A stretch of 64,000 nt of DNA from Zygnema circumcarinatum SAG 698-1b. Taxonomy: Eukaryota > Plantae > Zygnematophyceae. The stretch lies in contig CM074808.1 of the NCBI GenBank assembly GCA_037447605.1, positions 3,658,001 through 3,722,000 of the forward strand. Reading direction: 5' to 3'. This document shows positions 1-11,531 of the stretch, piece by piece; position 1 is the first letter of the stretch, and each line of letters begins with the position of its first letter. The position numbers and the translations under genes are program-made. Under the pieces are notes generated by a model. The model saw only the letters and a list, made by a program, of their open reading frames with translations, did not search any database and was not told where the DNA came from.

Positions 1-199
1 TACGAAATTTTGGGTTCCTCAAAGTTACTACCGTACGACATTTGTACGGACAAACTGTCGAGGCGACTTTGGCGGGATACGTGGGCTCGTGCCATTCGCT
101 GTGACCGAGCCCGGCTGCAGATCAAATAGTGATCTGTCGTGTTGGGATTTGCGAGGGAATCGACGGCTGTGATTGACCGCACGCGTGAAAAGAAATTCA

Positions 200-243
200 G
201 GTAGGCGGGATATTCAAAATGGGGTGACGGGTTATCATTTTCC
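200..243. mobile_element. Right terminus of a MULE-like element (same TIR family as 33998-35053)
   Basis: Reverse complement reads GGAAAATGATAACCCGTCACCCCATTTTGAATATCCC, resembling the TIR GGAAAATGATACAGCAGCCCCACTTCTTGGATATCGG at 33998. The left end was not found in the window. Confidence 0.45.
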
Positions 244-809
244 TTGTTTCGCAAAAATAAAATCTGCCGATGGAGGGTGGGTATCGATTCCAAAAAGGTG
301 TGAAAAAAGCATTTTCCGTTTTTAATCCTTTTTGAAATCTGCCCGGCCGGGAAGGGGTGTTTGGATCCAAAAAAGGGGTGGAAATATCACGACCCTAAAT
401 TTTTGACTTCATTACAAAACGACAGGTGACGGTACGGTACCGATAAAAAATCTCAGAAATCGACAAAACTAATCCCCCGAGATCTGAGATTTGATGCTAA
501 TTTTGGCGGTAAGGCACAAAAAGTATGAGATATTTTTCCTGAAAAAAATATATCAAGGTTAGTATACCGCTTATATGCTGCTTCGTATTAATCATAAAGT
601 AAAAAGTACTTATTTCGAAAACGTTGTCGTCGCCAAATGGCAAGGCTGACCTTACTATCCCAGATCCAGCCCGAAAACTCAGATTTTATTTTCTATTTAT
701 AGATTTCAGTGTGGCTGACCGTAAAACCGAACGGGTTGAGAAAAAAAAATTTAAGATTTTTGGCTTCTCAAAAACAAAAAAACTTTCAAAACCAGTTTCT
801 CAAAGCAAA

Positions 810-1285
810 ACCCTGTATTTGTGAACATGATTTATTTTGAGAAATGAGAAATGAATTTCTATTTTTTCTTCTCAATACAGTTTTTATGGACAACCAATTG
901 AAAATTGAACGATTATTTATTGTTCGTGTTCAATGTGAGTCTTCCTTGGGTCCACCGATCAACATGAGATTTTAGCGGATCGCAAAGCGCGTGGACCTGG
1001 AGGTCTGTACTGAAATTGTTGATCCGCTCGTGGGAAGAGTCGTACGAAAAAAATGGGTTAACCAGGATTAACCGGATCCCTCGGATCGCATGGAGCCAAA
1101 CGTGACAAAAACTGGAATCCACACGTGCGACCGAACCATTGAGTCTTGAACTTTTTTCTGTAATCTTTTCGCTTTCTTAAATCGAAAAAGTTTCGCCCTC
1201 TAGCGTTCAAAGTTCAACCCTATTCAATAACATGGACAATTGACAAATTACGTAAACTCGTTTCTCAATTTCTCAACCTGTTCGG
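810..1285 (+). repeat. Dispersed repeat of about 470 bp, diverged copy of 36510-36985 (inverted)
   Basis: Collinear blocks (e.g. TATTTGTGAACA, CCAATTGAA, TTGGGTCCACC, AAAGCGCGTGGACC, AAAAACTGGAAT, CACGTGCGAC, AATTGACAAATT) match the reverse complement of 36510-36985. Confidence 0.75.
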
Positions 1286-1739
1286 TTTTACGATATTCGA
1301 AATCAAAACCGCAATTCCTGGAATCCCTTCCTAAATATGATATCCTGTATACTCGTACTTCCTTCAAAAAAAAGCAAATTCTAGGTCGATTTAGTACCAA
1401 CTCCCTTCTGAAAACGTTTCAGTCGCGGGCAGCGCTCACCAAACGACAAGCCAATCTTAACCCCATTCATTTGTATCCACAGATCGTCCAGTTGTACACG
1501 TGGCAGTGAATCCACTCGTCACGTGACCAACTCTATTTTTTGACTTATTTTTCGGGTCGGGCAAAAGGCACATGGCGGTCACATCAAATTTGAAGACAAC
1601 CAATCACATGGCATTACTGACGTCAATTGACCGTCAGTACCTGAGTCGTCCAGATGCCCATTGCCAAACCGGGCGGTCTCGCTTGTCGTATCTTAAGGCG
1701 CCCCGTTGCCGTACGTCCCTCCGTATATCTCGTACTGTA

Positions 1740-2258
1740 CAGTAGACCCCCCCAATATTTTCGCCATGGTTTCGGCAAATATTGGGCGAAAATATTGGGT
1801 AGCGAAAATATAAGGGTGTCTGTGTTAACAGTAGGCGGGCGGTATTAGGTTAGAGTTACTGTTTGTTCGTACATATCGTATCGTAGCGTATCGTATCTAA
1901 TCCAAGAAGAAAAGGAGAGGAGCGAGCGCCTCTTACGGCGGCAGGTGCGGGAAGAGTCGGTGAGCCCATAACGGCTAGTACAGCTAGTACGGCTAGTAAG
2001 GCTAGTACAGTACGGCTAATACGGTGAGTACGGCTAGTACAGTACGGTTAATACGGCCAGTACGGCTAGTAAGGTTAGTACAGTACGGCAAATACGACTA
2101 GTACGAATTTTAAAGCTAGTACAGTACGGCTAATACGTCCAGTACGGCTAGTACGGTCAACACAGACTTACCGTACAAAAAAGTGGTTTTGGCAAAATCA
2201 GGGCGAAAATATTGGGTAGCGAAAATAAGAGTGGCGAAAATATTGGGGGGGTCTACTG
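1740..2258. mobile_element. 519-bp Tc1/mariner-like MITE
   Basis: Perfect 27-bp TIR CAGTAGACCCCCCCAATATTTTCGCCA / TGGCGAAAATATTGGGGGGGTCTACTG flanked by TA on both sides. Internal (TCGTA)n and GTACGGCTA-type tandem repeats; no ORF. Confidence 0.9.
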
Positions 2259-2465
2259 TATACATACAGAAGCCGACAATCTATACGGCCTTTGTACGAT
2301 GTGTCAGACGAAGTCAGCCAAGTCAATTCGCAACAAGCGATTGGTCCACGTCAGATATGAGGTGTGCCGTTAGGTGGCTGCAGTGTGCCCATTAGCGGCT
2401 GCAGCGTGCCTTTAGGGGCGCCCCCCCTGCAAAAACAATCAGAGGCGAGGGATCCGGTCCGCCGC

Positions 2466-2485
2466 AAACCCTAACAAACCCTAAA
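2466..2485 (+). promoter_or_regulatory. Tandem telo-box motifs (AAACCCTAA x2) just upstream of the ARM gene ATG
   Basis: AAACCCTAACAAACCCTAAA ends 5 bp before the ATG at 2491. Telo-boxes are known plant 5' regulatory motifs. Confidence 0.45.
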
Positions 2486-2490
2486 TCAGC

Positions 2491-5306
2491 ATGGAACACC
2501 TCCTCCTGGAGGATTTCATGGCGGTCGAGGGAGGGCTCCAGGGGCGGCCTGGAGGCTCGAAGGAGGAGGAAATGAGGTAACTAGAGGCTCCATGGCTGCT
2601 GGAACAAAACTGAACTGAACTGAACTGCAAAAGTGAGCTGACCCTGACATGCGCATGGAACGACATTGCTTCCTTCCCTGAAACTCGTGGTTTTGCTGCA
2701 AAGCAAGGGATGGATGGTGCTGCTTCCTTTCCTGGCGTGTAATGGATGGCAATGGATGATGCTCAGGCCGTGCCTGGTGCAGTGTGAGCTCCACTGCAAC
2801 GACGGAGATGCTGGCGGAAATAGGAGGGAAAGGAGGAGGAGGCGGCGGAGGCGGAGGAAGAGGATTAGATTATGTGAAAATGTCCAAGGAAGACCTCTTA
2901 TGCGACCTTGAACATGTTCTCTGGCAGCACAACTGTGAGCGCTTCCTTCTCCTCACGGGCAGACATGACCTGCTGCCAAGCTCTTTCCAAAACGGAGTTC
3001 GGCACATGGAAACCCTAAACCAGGCGAATGCGCAGCAGAGGGATTCGGGGGAGACTGCGGCGGTCGAAGCAGGCAGACAGGAAGAAGGGGTGGAGGGCAG
3101 ATCGGGATTTGGGGAGGGGATGGGAGAGGAGTGGGAGAGAAAGGTGGAGACAGGGGATAGAAGGGAAGGAGTGGAGAGAGAGGAGCCAGGCGGCAGAGAG
3201 GGGAGAGCGGAAGCAGGGGAGGGAGAGGAGAGAGGGGAGGCAGGGGAGGGAGAAGGGAGGGAGAAGGCAGGGGGCCGAGAGAAGAAAGGGGAAGTAGGGG
3301 TAGGAAAGGCGAGGAGGGAGGCAGGAAAGAAGGAAGAGAGAAAGGAGGCAAGGGTGACAGTGGAGCGTTTGGCAAGTGTGGATTTGAGGGGGCGCAGGCC
3401 GAGACGGTACAAAGGGGAGGAGGAGAGGATAAAAAGGGAAGGCAGGGGAGTGAGTATCAGACAGCTTGCGGAGGCTGCAGAGCCTGGCAATGTAGGGTGC
3501 TTGATTGGAGCATCATGGCCGTCACGATTGCGGAAGGGGGAGAACGAGGAGGAGGTCAATGCTCCAAAGGAAGGAAGGAAGTTGAGAGGGAATTCTCGAC
3601 TCGCACGTTCAATATTTCCCATGAGGGTTTTGGAGGCTCAACCTCCAAGAGAAAAACGAAAGTCAGTTAATGGAACGCTGGGTACGAGGGAGGGAAGCGA
3701 AGATATGGAAAATGGCAGGAAAACGGGAGAGAAGGTAGTTTTTGAAAAGCCGGACCTCATTCGACGACTGGGGAGCCATACTGATTTGGAGTCAGTAACT
3801 TCCGACATAGGGGTAGGGCATTCGGAGGCGATAATCATGTTTAGTTCTTCAACAGATGGAACCGATTCGGGGTGGAACATCCCAGAATCTGCTGTTTTAG
3901 GAGCGAGCAGCATTCATGGAAATTCTTCGAATCGCTCCTACAGCAATGGAAGCAGTTGGTTGCGTGGGAGCGGTGCAGACAGTGTTTCACAATCGCCGAG
4001 AGAAAGTGTAAGTTTCGACGTTGGAAGGGAGAAAGTCTGGCATGGAGGAACAGCAGACGAGGTAATAAAGCAGATGAAGGAGGGAAATGGCTCTGCTGTA
4101 GCTGAAGCCATTTCTGTATTAAGGACGACGGTGGTCTCACAAATGTATGGCGAAGAAAGTGGAGAGATCCCGTCTGTTTTACGTTCAAGCAATAGAGCTG
4201 AAGTCGAGAATGCAGATTCTGCAAGTCTTGCTGTGATACTTAAAGTTATCGATGTTCTCTCATCCAGTGAACAAAGGGTTCGACAGAGGGCAGCAACTGT
4301 GATCCTCCAGATTGCGAAAGTGAATCGATTCGCCGGAATATTAGGTCGAGCAGGATGCATCCCTCCCCTTGTAGATCTTCTCTCTTTCAGCAAACCCTCT
4401 CCCTCGTGCTCCCCCACTGCCAGTATAGACCGAGGACTACCAATCAATAGCCCCATCATCTCTCCCTCAGAAACTCCAATCAATTCAGCGGTTGAAGGCC
4501 ATCGTCTGCGTGTGCCTCCATATCTCAGCTCCGTTTCCACTCCCTTCCTATTGAGAGACTCCGCTAGAGGAACGGGAAAGAAGGGAGAGGAGGGGCCATG
4601 TCCTCCGGAAAGCGTTATCCCACCCGATTCAGAGCAGCATCATCCTCTTGATGATGGGTTAATAGGACATAGAGCCGCTGCTAGAGCACTATACTACCTT
4701 GCCCTCCACCGTCCTAACAAGGTGAAAATTGTAAGGGCCGGAGCAGTTCCCATACTTCTTAGGCTTCTGGAGGAAGACGCGAAGTCAGGGCTTGTTACAG
4801 ATGCCGTTCGGCTCCTTTCTAGTTTAGCAATGAATCCAACTGCTCGGGAAATGATAGTAGACCTTGAGGGGATTCCTCTGCTTGCGGAGGTTGTGGAAAA
4901 CGGAACTGATCTCGGCAAAGAAAACGCCGCGGCTGCCTTGCTTCACATGGCCGGAGCAAGTCCGGAGTGGCGGCAAGCAATGGTTGCAGAAGGGCTATTG
5001 CCAATACTGCAGTCAATGCAGCATACTGCCAAGGGCGTTCGGGGAAAAGCTAAAGTGAGATATGGGTTTGGGTGTGTGTGAAACATTGCGCTGATTCGTT
5101 GAATCTGTTCATGATTTGGGTTAATGCACTCGTTGAGCTGTTCGTGGGGGGGGTTAGTGTTAAGAGCAACATTTGGTTATCTTCTCATCGATTGTTGTGT
5201 TGTTTGGTTACTGTGGCAGGCAAAGCTGTTGTATGAACATTTGCGAGATCGACCGAAGGGCCCCGGACAGGGCCGACGTGAGCATGTTTTTTCGTCTTTT
5301 TCTTGA
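2491..5306 (+). CDS. Armadillo (ARM) repeat protein, paralog 1; exons 2491-2576, 2783-5054, 5220-5306
   Basis: ARM repeats (AGCIPPLVDLL, RAAARALYYLALHRPNKVKIVRAGAVPILLRLL, GTDLGKENAAAALLHM). GT-AG junctions are in frame (phase 2, then phase 0: RGKAK|AKLLYEHLR). Long E/G/R low-complexity N-terminal region. Confidence 0.85.
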
Positions 5307-6993
5307 TCTTCCCTTTTTTGCTATTGGCCGCTAATAACGAATTCGACATGATGTGTCTTTGAAGACGGCGTTTGGTGCTGTCATCCAGGAGCATATCTTT
5401 ACAAGCACACAGTTCTTGGGTGTATTTCTTTACTTATAATTGTTTGTTACCTTAACAGTGTTGAAGCCTTTGAGAAAGTATAAGTTAGCAAGTTAGCATA
5501 GAAGAAGCATTACGGACACAGTTGAAAGAAGCCGGAGAAAGTGGACAGTAGCTGTACCGATTCTGGAAGGCCCTGTTCATGGTGCTGTTTGCGATTTGAA
5601 CATAGAATAAGTACTAGGCTCACAGTTGAAATGCTCTAGGCAGCGACGTTCCAACTCCAAATGGCCGTGTCCTAAGGCCTTTGAGGAGTTGTCATTTTCA
5701 AGTTTACCTTGTAGCAGAGGTGGTCCACTTCTTCCCCTTTGAAGGAATCCCTTGTGCTTTTTATGTTATATGGAGACCATTGCTCAAGTGAAGGCGTCAA
5801 ATCTTTAACAGTGTGGCAGGTTACGTTTGGCTTAATCTCGTTTCACTTCATTTCTTAGTTTCATTTAGATTATTACTTCTAAACTTTGGTCGTTTGGTGT
5901 AGCTTTGGTTTAAGGTTCGCTCGGTTGGTTTGGTTTAGTTTAGCTTATCACTCTTAGTTTCAGTCCTTAAGTTCAGTTCTGGTTCGTTTCCTCTTCTCGT
6001 CGTAGGTTCCTCGTTCCTTCCTCTCTGTGTCGTTAGTTTTGACTTAGTAGACCCTTTCGTTGTGTTATGCCCCTTGTGGACCCTGGTGAGGACCTCGATA
6101 AAGTCATTCTCATTCAGTCACTCTCAGTCTACATGAAACGTGCGGTAAAAATTTCATCACACACTCTTAAGGGCACCCCCCGCCTTTCTAGCGGAACTTA
6201 ACTTTATCGAAACCTGACTATACTGATCTTTATCTCCAATTTCCTTCTTGCTTCAATATGTGATGGAACTGACTTTATCGACATTAACTTTCCTGTCGCC
6301 TCTTTACCGTACAGTTTCCTTGAAATATCTGATGGACTGACTTTATCGAACGTGTCCTTATTCCTTAATCGTCCTTTACCGTACACTCAATTCCTTTGAC
6401 TAACCATTTTAGTCATTGTCGTACGATTAGGAAGGTACCGTCCGTACATAGTTCGTAAGCTTGTTGAAATTTCGAAATTCTCCGTGTTGACCAATCTGGG
6501 CCGCCCATTTCGATCTGTACGAATTGAATCGTGACCGTTGGACGACTCCGCGTATCGGGCCCTAACGCGCAGTGTCGCCGGCGGCTGGCAGGGCCCGTGC
6601 CTGTACAAATCGTACGGGCCTCGATAAAGTCATTTAGAAGTCACGAGGGGAAGTTGACTGTTTAGGTTACCGTACTGCCATCGGGGAGAGGTAAGCAGGT
6701 AAAGGGAGGGGGGGGGGGGAAAGGGAGAGGGAGAGGAAAAGTGGGAGAGAGGGAGAGGAGAGGGGAGGGGAGAGGAGGGGAGAGGAGGGGAGAGGGAGAG
6801 AGGGAGAGAGGGAGAGAGAAAGAGAGGGAGAGGGAGGGAGAGAGCGGGGGAGGAGGAAGGAAAGAAGAGACACCTGGTGGGAGGGAGCGAGTGAGAAAGA
6901 GAAAAAGTGGGGGAGGAGTGAGGGAGAGCGGAGGAAGAGAGTGGGAGAGGGAGGGAGAGGCAGGGAGAGAGAGAGAAAGTAAGGAAGGAGAGG

Positions 6994-9132
6994 ATGAGCG
7001 AGGCTTTCGCAGTGCCATGGATGAAGCCGACCAAAGCAGAGGTACGGAATAACGCTATTGGTCGCCCTTCTGTTGTGAAAGGAGGATCACCATTTTGACC
7101 GAAATTCAAACCCTAATTTAACCTTAAATCCTTGAACCGTAATCATCTCTCGTTGTTCCTGTTCTCATAAAAACTTCATTTACATTTTTTGTTCCATTTT
7201 TAACCAAGCTTTCTCTCCGTCCCCCCCCTCCCCCCCTCTCCCGGTGGTTTGGGCAACAGGATGGAGGCGCGAAGGAGAAGAAACAAAAGCATGTTGCGCA
7301 GACTACTGCCAAAAAGGCATTCAACTTAACTCCATTTCGTGAGGCAATAACTTTCAATGGCAGTAATAAAAAAAAGGCCTCGACATCACAGGAGGAAGGA
7401 GCGAATGTCGTTGAAAAGAGTTCAGCAGATTTCCATTCGGGAGACGATGCACATCCGGAAAAATGGGACCCAAATGACCTGAAAAATCGTGCTTCACCTG
7501 GAGGACTTTCAGAGAGGCGCTCATATGGAGGACATGAAGGGAAGCGTCTGCATGATCCTCTCCCTGTCAGACCTGTAACTGTAACTGGATTGAAGGCTTT
7601 CAGAGAACTACCGCCTGGAAAATGCCCCGACGAATTGATAATTCGAGCTTCCGTACAAGTTTTTTTGGCAAATGAAGATGGGAGGGATGGGGGTGGGGAG
7701 AGAGAGGGGGAAGGGGAGGGAGAGGATGAGAGAGTAGGGGAGGGCGAGGAAGGGGAGGAGAGAGGAGTGGGGGAGGGGAAGGGGGAGGGAGAGGGAGAGT
7801 GGGAGAGGGAGAGGGAGAAGGAAAGGGAGAGAGATATGGAGATAGAGAGGGAGAGGGAGAATGCAGCAGAGATGCTTCGACGGATGTCGAAACTGTCGGT
7901 GTCACATCGGATATGTATGGGAGAATTTGGGGCCATCCCAGTATTAGTGAAACTTTTGGAGTCCAAAAATGACCTATTGGTGGAACATGCAGTCACAGCA
8001 TTGTCGAATCTTTTGTTAGAGCGGAAACTGAAACTGGAAATAGGTACCCCAAAAACTATAGAAGCCTTTTCCGATCTCATGGAAAATGCGAGACGGCAGA
8101 AGGCCCGGGAAAATGCAGCTGGGGCAATATGCAACCTTTCTGTTTCGGAGGATCTTTCGAAGTCAATAAGAGAGGCAGGAGCCATACCTAAACTGCTCAA
8201 CTTTGTTAAATTTTCTGAGGATTTGCAGGTCAAAAGAGACGCGGTAGTGGGGCTTCTTAGTCTAGCCCTTAATGAGAGCTGTAGAAATGACATTGTGGAA
8301 TTGGGGGCTGTAACCCTAATGTTGGAGCTTCTTAAGGAGCCAAAGTTATCTTTTGAAGATGAAGTTACGGCTCTTATTGCCACTTTAGCGAAGCATCCGG
8401 ATGGCTGCCGGATTTTGGCGGATGGAGGAGGGGTAGAAGCTCTAGCCGAAGTTTTGGAGATTGGGAAGCCGAGGAGTAAAGCAGCGGCAGTTTCTGCATT
8501 GTTAAGTTTGTCGATGTCGAGCGAAGACTGTCTGGAATCCGTTGCAAATGAAGGACTTCTGCCCTCTCTCACAGCCTTGATTTCGAGCAAAGAAGGGAGG
8601 GGGAGAGAGAAGGTGAGACATCTTTAAACTGAACTGGACTGGAACTGAAACTGAAACTGACTCTGAATTGATATAAACTGAATTTGAACCGCTTTTTTTA
8701 AGCGGGGGCGATTGCTGGCAAAGTCTGTTTTAGGGTTGCATGAAAGTTGAATGCATGGCAGCAGTAAGACAAGTGGGAATGGAAGCCGGAAACAGGAGAG
8801 GAGAGTGGGAGGAGGGGGGGGGGGGGCGGGGTGGGGGGCAGGAGGGAAAGAAGGGATAAATGGAGAGAGAGGGAGAGAGGTAGCCTGCCCCTCCGTTTCA
8901 AGCCCTAGCTGGAGAAAAAAAGGAGAAGACAGGCTTTGACAATGATTTTTTGATGTTAGGGTTTTCGGGCAGGTCTTCTCACCCTAACAACCCTAAATAG
9001 CCTAAAAGGCCTAGAAACCCTCTAGCCTTAAAAATCTTTCTCTAATTATTCGCAGTCGATATCTTCTGCTTGCAGGCCTCGGCTCTTGCCGCATTGCTCC
9101 GAGAGCATTGCAATGGCAAAACCTCAAAATGA
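6994..9132 (+). CDS. Armadillo (ARM) repeat protein, paralog 2; exons about 6994-7041, 7260-8612, 9076-9132
   Basis: ARM repeats (GAIPVLVKLLES, ARENAAGAICNLS, AGAIPKLLNFV, GAVTLMLELL, KAAAVSALLSLS). The frame is open from the acceptor at 7260. Last intron is phase 0 (RGREK|ASALAALLR). First exon is less certain. Confidence 0.82.
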
Positions 9133-10185
9133 GCGATCGCGGACTGGCGGTGACTTTTTTGTACACATTCTCCACGGAGGCGGTGAAGCCTCTGAGAGAG
9201 GGTGGCACTGGAGGACTGAGGTTTTTGTCAATAAATAGCATTCATATTCATGTAGCATTCATTTGCTAATACTTTCGATTAGCAAGTATCGAAAGTATTC
9301 GTGTTATATATTTCAAGTTAGGGCAGTATTTTGGTGTAAGAAACGACAGATGAGGTCGAAGAGCGTGTCGTGCTGGCATGCTCGTGCCGGTGAAGGGACG
9401 CGATTGAGAGAGAGAGAGGGAGAGAGAGAGAGAGAAACGGAGAGGAATTGGGAGTGGGAAAGGGCGGCAGGTATGGGTAGAGAGGTGAGAGTGGGAAAAG
9501 TCTTCTTATCTGACCTTTTAACCTTTATCAATTTACCAATATCGTTACACAATCAGTCTACGGATGTTGCCCATTCGATGGCCTTCTTAAGGGTTGAAAG
9601 ATGCCCTGTCTAGTTTTACTGATGGATGACATCGTCATCCTGATGATGATAATGATGGAAGCATGATGCCATGGGCATCATCCACGAGTTGCCATCATGC
9701 CCATGGACGCGGATGGGCATGGGGCCTTCAGTTGGACGGGACTACGCCAAAAAGGAGAGTGTTTGACTTCCCATGAACTCAGGCACGACCTTTACAGTAA
9801 CTCATCTGTTCTAGTATCTGCAGAATCTCCGCTTCCCTTCGACGGTTCAAATCTTTTTTTTAGTAATAGGAATGTTCAAAGCAATGAGAGCTGGGTGTTC
9901 AAGTGAAAATTCCAACTTGTGGTAAAGAAAACATAATGAAAAAAGATGAAAATGCATTTTGCAAGAGGCAAACCAGATGTTTCATCTGCAAAAGTGGTTT
10001 TAACCTGATATGCAAAATCACAGCAATACCAACTCCAGTCGCTAGTGAACATTGGAAGTGGCAAAAAATGCCCTTTCCCATTTCCTTAAATCATCTGGAC
10101 AGCCTAAAAGCTCTGCAAAAACTGCTTCTACCAAAAATCGTACATATGAAACAAAAACAGTGAGAAGGGCGGAGCCAGTTTAACC

Positions 10186-10914
10186 CTAATATGGATAAGC
10201 GCTCTCTACGGCCGCATTGAGACCAAGCATTGCATTAACTGTGAAGTACATGAAGTACAACCCTAATCCAAGCCCAAATGAAACCAAAACTGCGGAAATT
10301 GGGCTCCGAAACAAGTCGAGGATTGGCTTTGTGATCGCATACACCCCTCCAGTTGCAACCGTGAAGAAATATACAATGTATCTAGACACATTATCCCAAA
10401 ATTCTTCCACTAATGGGCCCTCCGGACCTAGGGCTAAAGCAGTCATATCCATATCCACAGCGCTTTTTGTATGAAGGGATTGCAGAGCTGCTGCAGGTTC
10501 CGCATTCATCATCGCAAGTGCTGTAAATCCAAACCCTAATAGCGCAACAGCAACATGAAGCTCCATCTCTTTTCCGCTGAAATGCTCTCTCACACTTCCT
10601 TCCTCCTCATTCCCGTCCCTCTCTGTCATTGCGGAAATAGAACTCCTTTCACTACCGCGCCTGCTTCCTCCAAGTCCTGCGCCACCGTTTATGCCGAACC
10701 CCAATTCTCGCTCTGAGAAATTAGCATCCGCCATCCCTGACCGAGAAGATAGAGGCTCCTGTAAATCTTGGCGCTCTGCTCGTATTATTTCGCATGAAGG
10801 AGAGATCCTTCTTGAATGCTGCGCCAAACCACCTCTCCGCCGTGGCTGCATGGAAGGCGTCTGGTGGGCAGCCTTTCCGCAGTAGGTTGCGCCGACAGCT
10901 GCAGCGGAAGCCAT
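10186..10914 (-). CDS. ycf33: Ycf33 (DUF751) family plastid membrane protein with putative transit peptide, single exon
   Basis: C-terminal FWDNVSRYIVYFFTVATGGVYAITKPILDLFRSPISAVLVSFGLGLGLYFMYFTVNAMLG matches the Ycf33 pattern. Ala/Ser/Arg-rich N-terminus MASAAAVG. Confidence 0.85.
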   Translation of the reverse strand: MASAAAVGATYCGKAAHQTPSMQPRRRGGLAQHSRRISPSCEIIRAERQDLQEPLSSRSGMADANFSERELGFGINGGAGLGGSRRGSERSSISAMTERDGNEEEGSVREHFSGKEMELHVAVALLGFGFTALAMMNAEPAAALQSLHTKSAVDMDMTALALGPEGPLVEEFWDNVSRYIVYFFTVATGGVYAITKPILDLFRSPISAVLVSFGLGLGLYFMYFTVNAMLGLNAAVESAYPY

Positions 10915-11127
10915 GGCTTCTCCTACTGCTTGTCCTGCACTGCCGCGGAGAGAGAGAGAGAGGGAGAGAACGAGAGCGGGAGTGGGAGGGAGGGAAAGAG
11001 CCGGATGTTTGGAAGTGGTTCGTAATTTCATGCTTCTAGTGTTCGCGATTTGCGTAGGGTCGTAGGTTTACGATCGTACGAATGGCCCTGGTAGTACGGA
11101 CATCGTTGAAATATCTGCTTGACGTGA

Positions 11128-11170
11128 CACGTGGAGAGATAAGAATGGTCGCAATAAATGTGACGTGGCA
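11128..11170. promoter_or_regulatory. G-box (CACGTG), I-box (GATAAG) and TGACGTGGCA upstream of ycf33
   Basis: CACGTG 11128-11133, GATAAG 11138-11143 and TGACGTGGCA 11161-11170 lie about 215-255 bp upstream of the ycf33 ATG. This is a known light-responsive motif pairing. Confidence 0.4.
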
Positions 11171-11425
11171 ACGCAAAGTGTACGGACTCTGACGTGACGA
11201 AAAATTCGCGTCAAATAATGAGTCGTTTCGGAATTGTTCGATTTCGAAAAAGCGTCGCGGGATTTGGACACCGCGGAGGGTAGAATAAGCGGCACGGGTC
11301 GGACATTGGTTGGATCAACCATTGGAACAGATTGGCTGCCAACCACTGATTCATGACCCTGCCAACCATTGCCAATGGTATCAACCATTGAATTCGATGG
11401 TTGAGCCAACCGTAAGTAACGCAAA

Positions 11426-11520
11426 CTTTCATTGAACTCGCGATGGCGAGGCCATCAAATTTACATGGATAAAGGCAAAATGTGGAACCACGAAGGACTG
11501 GTCACAAAGGTGTTGCTATT
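11426..11520 (-). repeat. Copy 1 of a dispersed repeat of about 100 bp (possible SINE/LINE 3' end)
   Basis: CGATGGCGAGGCCATCAAAT...TGTGGAACCACGA..GACTGG core is shared with 36395-36497, 46206-46312 and 51245-51348. Confidence 0.7.
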
Positions 11521-11531
11521 ATTAGTTGCTA

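Noticed and set aside
1970-2160. Short tandem repeats here and at 28451-28630 as a possible CRISPR array
   Set aside because: Degenerate head-to-tail units without unique spacers, in a eukaryotic context with no cas genes.
5459-6159. Possible solo LTR (TGTTGAAG ... TTTCATCA)
   Set aside because: Termini are imperfect, flanks (AACAG / CACAC) are not a clean TSD, and there is no second copy, PBS or PPT; needs a genome-wide search.
7554-7670. Possible degenerate U-box in ARM paralog 2 (DPLPVRPVTVTG...CPDELIIRASVQVFL)
   Set aside because: Only vague resemblance; the core CPIS/LM.DPV and PN..L motifs are missing.
7124-8590. 488-aa minus-strand ORF
   Set aside because: Antisense shadow of ARM paralog 2; no domain features.
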